Shown: piece after piece, positions 31,590 through 36,777 of the stretch | How positions within the stretch are numbered: the first letter of the stretch is position 1 | Layout: every line of letters begins with the position of its first letter | Origin: Octopus sinensis | Taxonomy: Eukaryota | Length of the DNA stretch: 36,777 nt | Direction of reading: 5' to 3' | NCBI RefSeq assembly: GCF_006345805.1 | Contig: NW_021824675.1 | Coordinates: 1-36,777, forward strand | The notes under the pieces: model-generated | Databases searched by the model: none | Seen by the model: the letters and a program-made list of their open reading frames with translations, nothing else | What the model was told of the DNA's origin: nothing | Position numbers and translations under genes: made by a program

Positions 31590-31810
31590 GTGCATATGTT
31601 CGTGTGTCTGTGTTTGTCCCCCCCCCCCAACATCGCTTGACAACCGATGCTGGTGTGTTAACCTCCCCATAACTTAGCGGTTCGGTAAAAGTAGCGATAG
31701 AATAAGTACTAGGCTTACAAAGAATAAGTCCTGGGGTCGATCTGCTCTACTAAAGACGGTGCTCCAGCATGGCCACAGTCAAATAACTGAAACAAGTAAA
31801 AGAGTAAAAG
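31590..31810 (+). mobile_element. Family B SINE, 3' half
   Basis: CCCCAACATCGCTTGACAACCGATGCTGG...GAAACAAGTAAAAGAGTAAAAG. Confidence 0.85.
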
Positions 31811-31914
31811 ATATATATATATATTAATCATTTTGAGGCTCATGCGGACTGTGAGACTCTGCGATACATCTTATGTTTCGCCCTAAATCCGGCAGGCGTG
31901 CACACACACACATC

Positions 31915-31945
<31 letters not shown>

Positions 31946-32004
31946 CAACACACACCACACACACACACCACCAACAACAACACACATTATACATATATAT
32001 ATAT

Positions 32005-32165
32005 ATAATACCGGAGTAAACACATAAATGTGAAACAAGGTGGAAAAAAAGAGTAGTTACTCAAATACCAGTGGTAGAGTAATATGCTTTATTTAAAGCA
32101 GCAGAAAATTCAACAGAATCTGTTACTCTGAGTTTGTTGAATTTTCTGCTGCTTTAAATAAAGTA
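32005..32165 (+). repeat. Family F copy ending in a perfect 28-bp inverted repeat
   Basis: Arms 32088-32115 and 32135-32162. Confidence 0.75.
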
Positions 32166-32699
32166 TATATATATATATATATATATACATGCACGACCAC
32201 ATATACATCACAAGCCAGCATCCTGGTTCACGTTGATTTTTAGCCTTCATAGCTCGAGAAGTTAAACGATAAGATGGAAGAAAAAAAACACTGATAGTTT
32301 TGTGGTTTATTTATTTATTCATTGATTTATTTATTCATTTATTTGTACGAGACGAGCAGAACATTTCTTCTGCGATTAGTCAGCAGTGATGAAGTGTATG
32401 AAGTGATGTCACTGATATTGTTGTCTGCGTCCGCCCGCCCGACTCTCTGTCGGTTTGTCGGTTGGTCGGTCACTCTGCCCGGCTGTCTATTTGTCACTCC
32501 GCCCGTCAGTCTGTCTGACTGTCAATCTGTCACTCTACCCGCCTGTTTGCTTGTCTGTCACCTTGCCCGAGAACACTGTCCGTCTGTCTTTCAGGGAATC
32601 TACCCGTCCGTCCGTCCGTCCGTCTATCAATCTATCTATCTGTCTGGCTGCCTGGCTGCCTTCGCTGCCTGGCTCTGTCACTCATGCTATTCTCGTCAC

Positions 32700-33807
32700 C
32701 ATAACCTTGTTTCTCCCATATTGCTACATCCTTCATTCTCTCCCTACCTTTTCCCCCAGTCATTCCGCTTCTCTTTCCCCACCTTTCACCACCTTTCATC
32801 CTCACTCTCTAACTCTCATCTTTCTCCTTTTACTCTCTCTCCTCTCTCTCTCTCTCTGACTCATTCAATGCAATTGACACTTCTCGACAAACGTACTCAC
32901 GTTACTCCACTTCACTCCACTTCACTCCCACCTCATTTCCTATACCTTCTTTATTTCCCTCTTTCCTTTTCACGTCATTCCCTCATCTCCCTCCCTCTCT
33001 CTTTTAACCCTTATACTTTCTACCTTATCTATTATATTCCACAGCCCCCACTTTTGCCACTTCCATCAGCGTAGGTTAACGTTTTCTTTTCCTCATTAAA
33101 TTAATCTGATTGCATCTTATACATCCTTCTTCTTCTTCTTCTTCTTCCTCCCTCTCCTCTTCTTCTTTTCCTATTTCTTTTCTTCTGTTCTCCCGAACAC
33201 CATCACCTCACTCAGTCTTGCCTTTGTCTCTCTCTCTCTCTCTCCCTCTCCCTCTCCCTATCCCTCTTTCTCTCTCTCTTTCTTACATTCTTCCTTCCTG
33301 CCTTCTTACTTTCTTTTTTTTCTTTCTTTCTCTTTTTTCTCTTTTTCTTGTCTCTGTCTTTCTTCTTTTATCTGTCTCCCTCTCTTTTTCTGTCTCACTT
33401 TGTCTCCTCTCTCTCTCTCCTCTCATGTTGCTTTTTCTCTATCTCTCTTCTTCTCCTTCTCTTTCTATCTCTCTTCCCCCTCTCTCTCTTCTTTCTTTCT
33501 TTCTCTCTCCCACTCTTTTTTCCTGCCTCTGTATCTTTCTCTCTCTCTCTCTGCTTTTCTCTATCCCCTTGTCTCCCTCTCTCTCCCTTCATCTTCCTTT
33601 CCCTCCCTCTCCCTCTCTCCTCTTCTCCTTTCTCCTCTTCCTCTCCTCCTCCCTTCTCCATTTCTCCTCTCTCTGTTCCGCTCTCTCCTCTTTCTTTCTC
33701 TTTCTTTCTTTCTTTTCTTTTCTTTCCCTTTCTCTTTCTTTCGTTTCTTTCTTTCTTTTCTTCTTGCTCTCTTTTCTCTTCTTTCTCTCTCTCTCTCACT
33801 CTCTCGT

Positions 33808-33841
<34 letters not shown>

Positions 33842-33870
33842 CTTCCATCCCTCCCTGTCTGTCTCCGTCT
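32700..33870. repeat. Long polypyrimidine (CT-rich) tract
   Basis: Directly visible; source of the L/S/F-rich and E/R/K-rich ORFs. Confidence 0.95.
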
Positions 33871-34184
33871 CGTCATAGTAATTAGCCATGAAGCTTTAGG
33901 CCAACAAAGAATCAGAAGTCAAACGTGTTCGGATGACACACAAGGCAACAGTGAGCGGGGGCCTGCAGCGGGGTGTGAACTGCAGACAACTTGTGAGTCT
34001 GCAAAAGACCGGGAGTGGTGATTTGGTGACGGAGTTTGCACGTAGAGGAGGTAGGGTGGAACATTCAGAAATCCGTATCTTTACCCTTTCAGTGATTTCT
34101 TCATTTCATTACTTTTTTATCTTGTACCGCTTTAGTCACGGGTGTATTTACTGAAAGCTAAGAATCAAACTTCTTGTTAACGGA

Positions 34185-34239
<55 letters not shown>

Positions 34240-34261
34240 GTGTGTGTGTGTGGTGTGTGTG

Positions 34262-34334
<73 letters not shown>

Positions 34335-34784
34335 ATGTATATATGTATATATGTACATATACGAATGTATATATACATATCTATATATATATATATTATA
34401 TTATATTATTATATGATTGAAAACTACGCATCCTCTTCCAAGTAAGTTTTATCTTAATAATGTTGATGCGCACTCTATACGATCTTTTTTCACCCTTTCG
34501 TTTTTCTGTCTCTTATTCTTTTACCTCCTCTTCTCCCACTGTTCTATCCTATTACTCTGTCACTCTCTCTCCTTCACTCCTCCTCCCTTGCTCACGTGGC
34601 TCCCACGTGACCACTGGCCATCTGTCTTTCTTTCTCTCCGTTGTAGCTGGAACAAGGAAGACGTGTTCTTGTTTGTCTCCTATCCTAGCTTGATTTACGC
34701 GTTCGCCATCACAACCTCGTTTACACTTAGCAGCCCTTCTTGTCTGTTTTCACTGTCCTGTTTGTGTTACCTATTTTGACCCTC

Positions 34785-35085
34785 AACAAAATCCCAAATT
34801 TTATTTAATTTGCTTTGCGGGAGCAACCGTTTTATCGAATGCATATATTGTTGTTAAATGCTCGAAATACGAGACTAGAAAACAGCCAACAACTGATGAA
34901 GGGTTGTTCCTTGTGTTTGTTTTGTTTTCTATTTGTGTCTTTCGTTATTCGAAACAGCAGTCCATGTTCCATGTACTCGTGCTTCGTACATTTTTGTTGT
35001 ACATGTTTCATGACGTCCTGTCCCCACATATGCATATATATATCTACTTCTAGATGTAAGTATGTACATATACGTATGTGTATAT
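34785..35085 (+). repeat. Dispersed repeat family G, copy 2
   Basis: See copy 1. Confidence 0.65.
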
Positions 35086-35119
35086 GCATACATATATATT
35101 ATATATATATATATATATA

Positions 35120-35152
<33 letters not shown>

Positions 35153-35155
<3 letters not shown>

Positions 35156-35425
35156 CGCAAGTGTGGCTGTGTGGTAAGAAGCTTGCTTCCCAAACACATG
35201 GTGCCGGGTTCAGCCCCACTGTATGGAAGTTTGGGCGTGTGTCTTCTACTATAATCTCGGGCCGACCAAAGCCTAATGAGTGAATTTGGTAGACGGAAAC
35301 CGAAAGAAGCCCATCGTATTTATATGTGTGCGCGTCTGTGTCTTCGTCTCTATGTTTGTCCCCCACCATCGCTTGACAACCGATGTTGGTTTGTTCACAT
35401 CCCCGTAATGTAGCAGTTCAGTAGA
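35153..35425 (+). mobile_element. Family B SINE, 3'-truncated
   Basis: GGCGCAAGTGTGGCTGTGTGGTAAG...TTTGGTAGACGGAAAC...CATCGCTTGACAACCGATG. Confidence 0.85.
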
Positions 35426-35499
35426 AGAGCTACCAAACTTCGAAAAGGAAAAGAAGAAAGCAACAATAAAAAACATAACAAAATGTATTCCTTTAAAAC

Positions 35500-35740
35500 A
35501 ACCTGCTCATGAAATTAATGTGCAAGTAGCAGAGCACTCCACAAACATGTGTACCCTTAACATAGTTCTCAGGGAGATTCAGCGTGACACAGAAGCTGGC
35601 CCTTTGAAATACAGGTACTTGCTAGCTGAGTGAACTGGAGGAATGTGAAATAAAGTGTATTGCTCAAGGACACAACGTGTCGCCGGGATTTGAACTCACG
35701 ATCGTGACCGAATACTCTAACCACTAAGCTAGGCGCCTTC
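35500..35740 (-). mobile_element. Chimeric SINE (family C head/body + family D tail)
   Basis: 35620-35740 matches the C head and body; 35500-35618 matches 3990-4115 of family D. Confidence 0.7.
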
Positions 35741-35758
35741 ACACACGTACACGCACGC

Positions 35759-36218
<460 letters not shown>

Positions 36219-36483
36219 ATAATAGAATATATACACACACGCGCATGTATGTATGTATAGTATCATATAGGATGATATAGTATAGAGATAGAATATAACC
36301 CAATAAACAGAAAGGCAGTCACCACGCAGTCGATCGGTCGTTAACCCGGAGAGAAAGGAAAGACTGCACCCTTGCTTTTCAGATGCCTTTCGAGATTGGT
36401 TAGAGCAATGCAGTCAACATTCCTTTTGAATAACTGAGTAAGTTGACAGCAGCTTGAAATAAATAAATAAATAAATGACTGAA

Positions 36484-36514
<31 letters not shown>

Positions 36515-36518
36515 AAAT

Positions 36519-36777
36519 AGAGAGTTCACAGCTCTGGTACTACAGACTTGATTGAGGCGCAAGATGGATTCTTCAAGCGGAGTCAACCAGCAAGAGACCT
36601 AGGGATAGACCAAGAACCAGATGTTTGGATAATACCTACAGTCTCAGTTAATCTTCTTAGGAAACCAGCCGGAAAGTGTAACGACCGTTACTTCAAATAA
36701 AACCCTATGGAGGAAATGCCTGGCGACTCTATCCTGACAATCCTTCCAGGAATAGCCGGTGGAGAAGCGGGATGGAT
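36519..36777 (+). mobile_element. RTE-clade (Rex3/Expander-like) LINE 3' fragment, running off the window edge
   Basis: RWILQAESTSKRPRDRPRTRCLDN...LGNQPESVTTVTSNKTLWRKCL...QE*, then GGATGGAT, the start of a (GATG)n-type tail. Confidence 0.7.

Noticed and set aside
33110-34021. 303-aa L/S/F-rich ORF and antisense E/R/K-rich ORFs (similarly 233-694, 5167-5583, 8058-8922)
   Set aside because: These arise from polypyrimidine, polypurine or GT tracts and have no domain content.
34893-34962. Third hammerhead-like motif (CTGATGA ... GAAACAGCAGTC)
   Set aside because: The core words are present, but stem I and stem II do not pair convincingly, and the sister copy at about 31160 lacks the downstream GAAA at the matching place.

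Overview
This is AT-rich, microsatellite-saturated eukaryotic DNA. It is almost certainly intergenic or deep-intronic sequence from an octopus (coleoid cephalopod), judged from the tRNA-derived SINE families and the extreme simple-repeat load. No host protein-coding gene can be supported; most ORFs in the track are microsatellite or antisense artefacts. The main object is an apparently full-length but decayed ~5.3 kb Tx1/L1-clade LINE (9989-15286, +). It has an ORF1 with a CCHC knuckle and an ORF2 with APE endonuclease, RT and C-terminal CCHC. It has split a tRNA-derived SINE and left an imperfect 16-bp target-site duplication. Its last 34 nt match the 3' tail of that same SINE family at 31/34 positions, and two further diverged Tx1-like 3' fragments (24285-24571, 24650-25065) end in related motifs. 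This suggests a LINE/SINE partnership in which the LINE may also target its own SINE. The window also holds: an R4/Dong-type RLE LINE fragment embedded in (TAA)n; two RTE-clade 3' fragments; a mariner remnant plus a separate MITE; a pogo/Tigger deletion derivative; about 30 SINE copies with shuffled head/body/tail modules; two minimal hammerhead-ribozyme-like motifs of the Penelope type; an ~81-bp minisatellite; and several long hairpins. All alignments and translations were done by eye. Coordinates of degraded repeats are approximate (about +/-10-20 bp), and family names were not confirmed by a database search.
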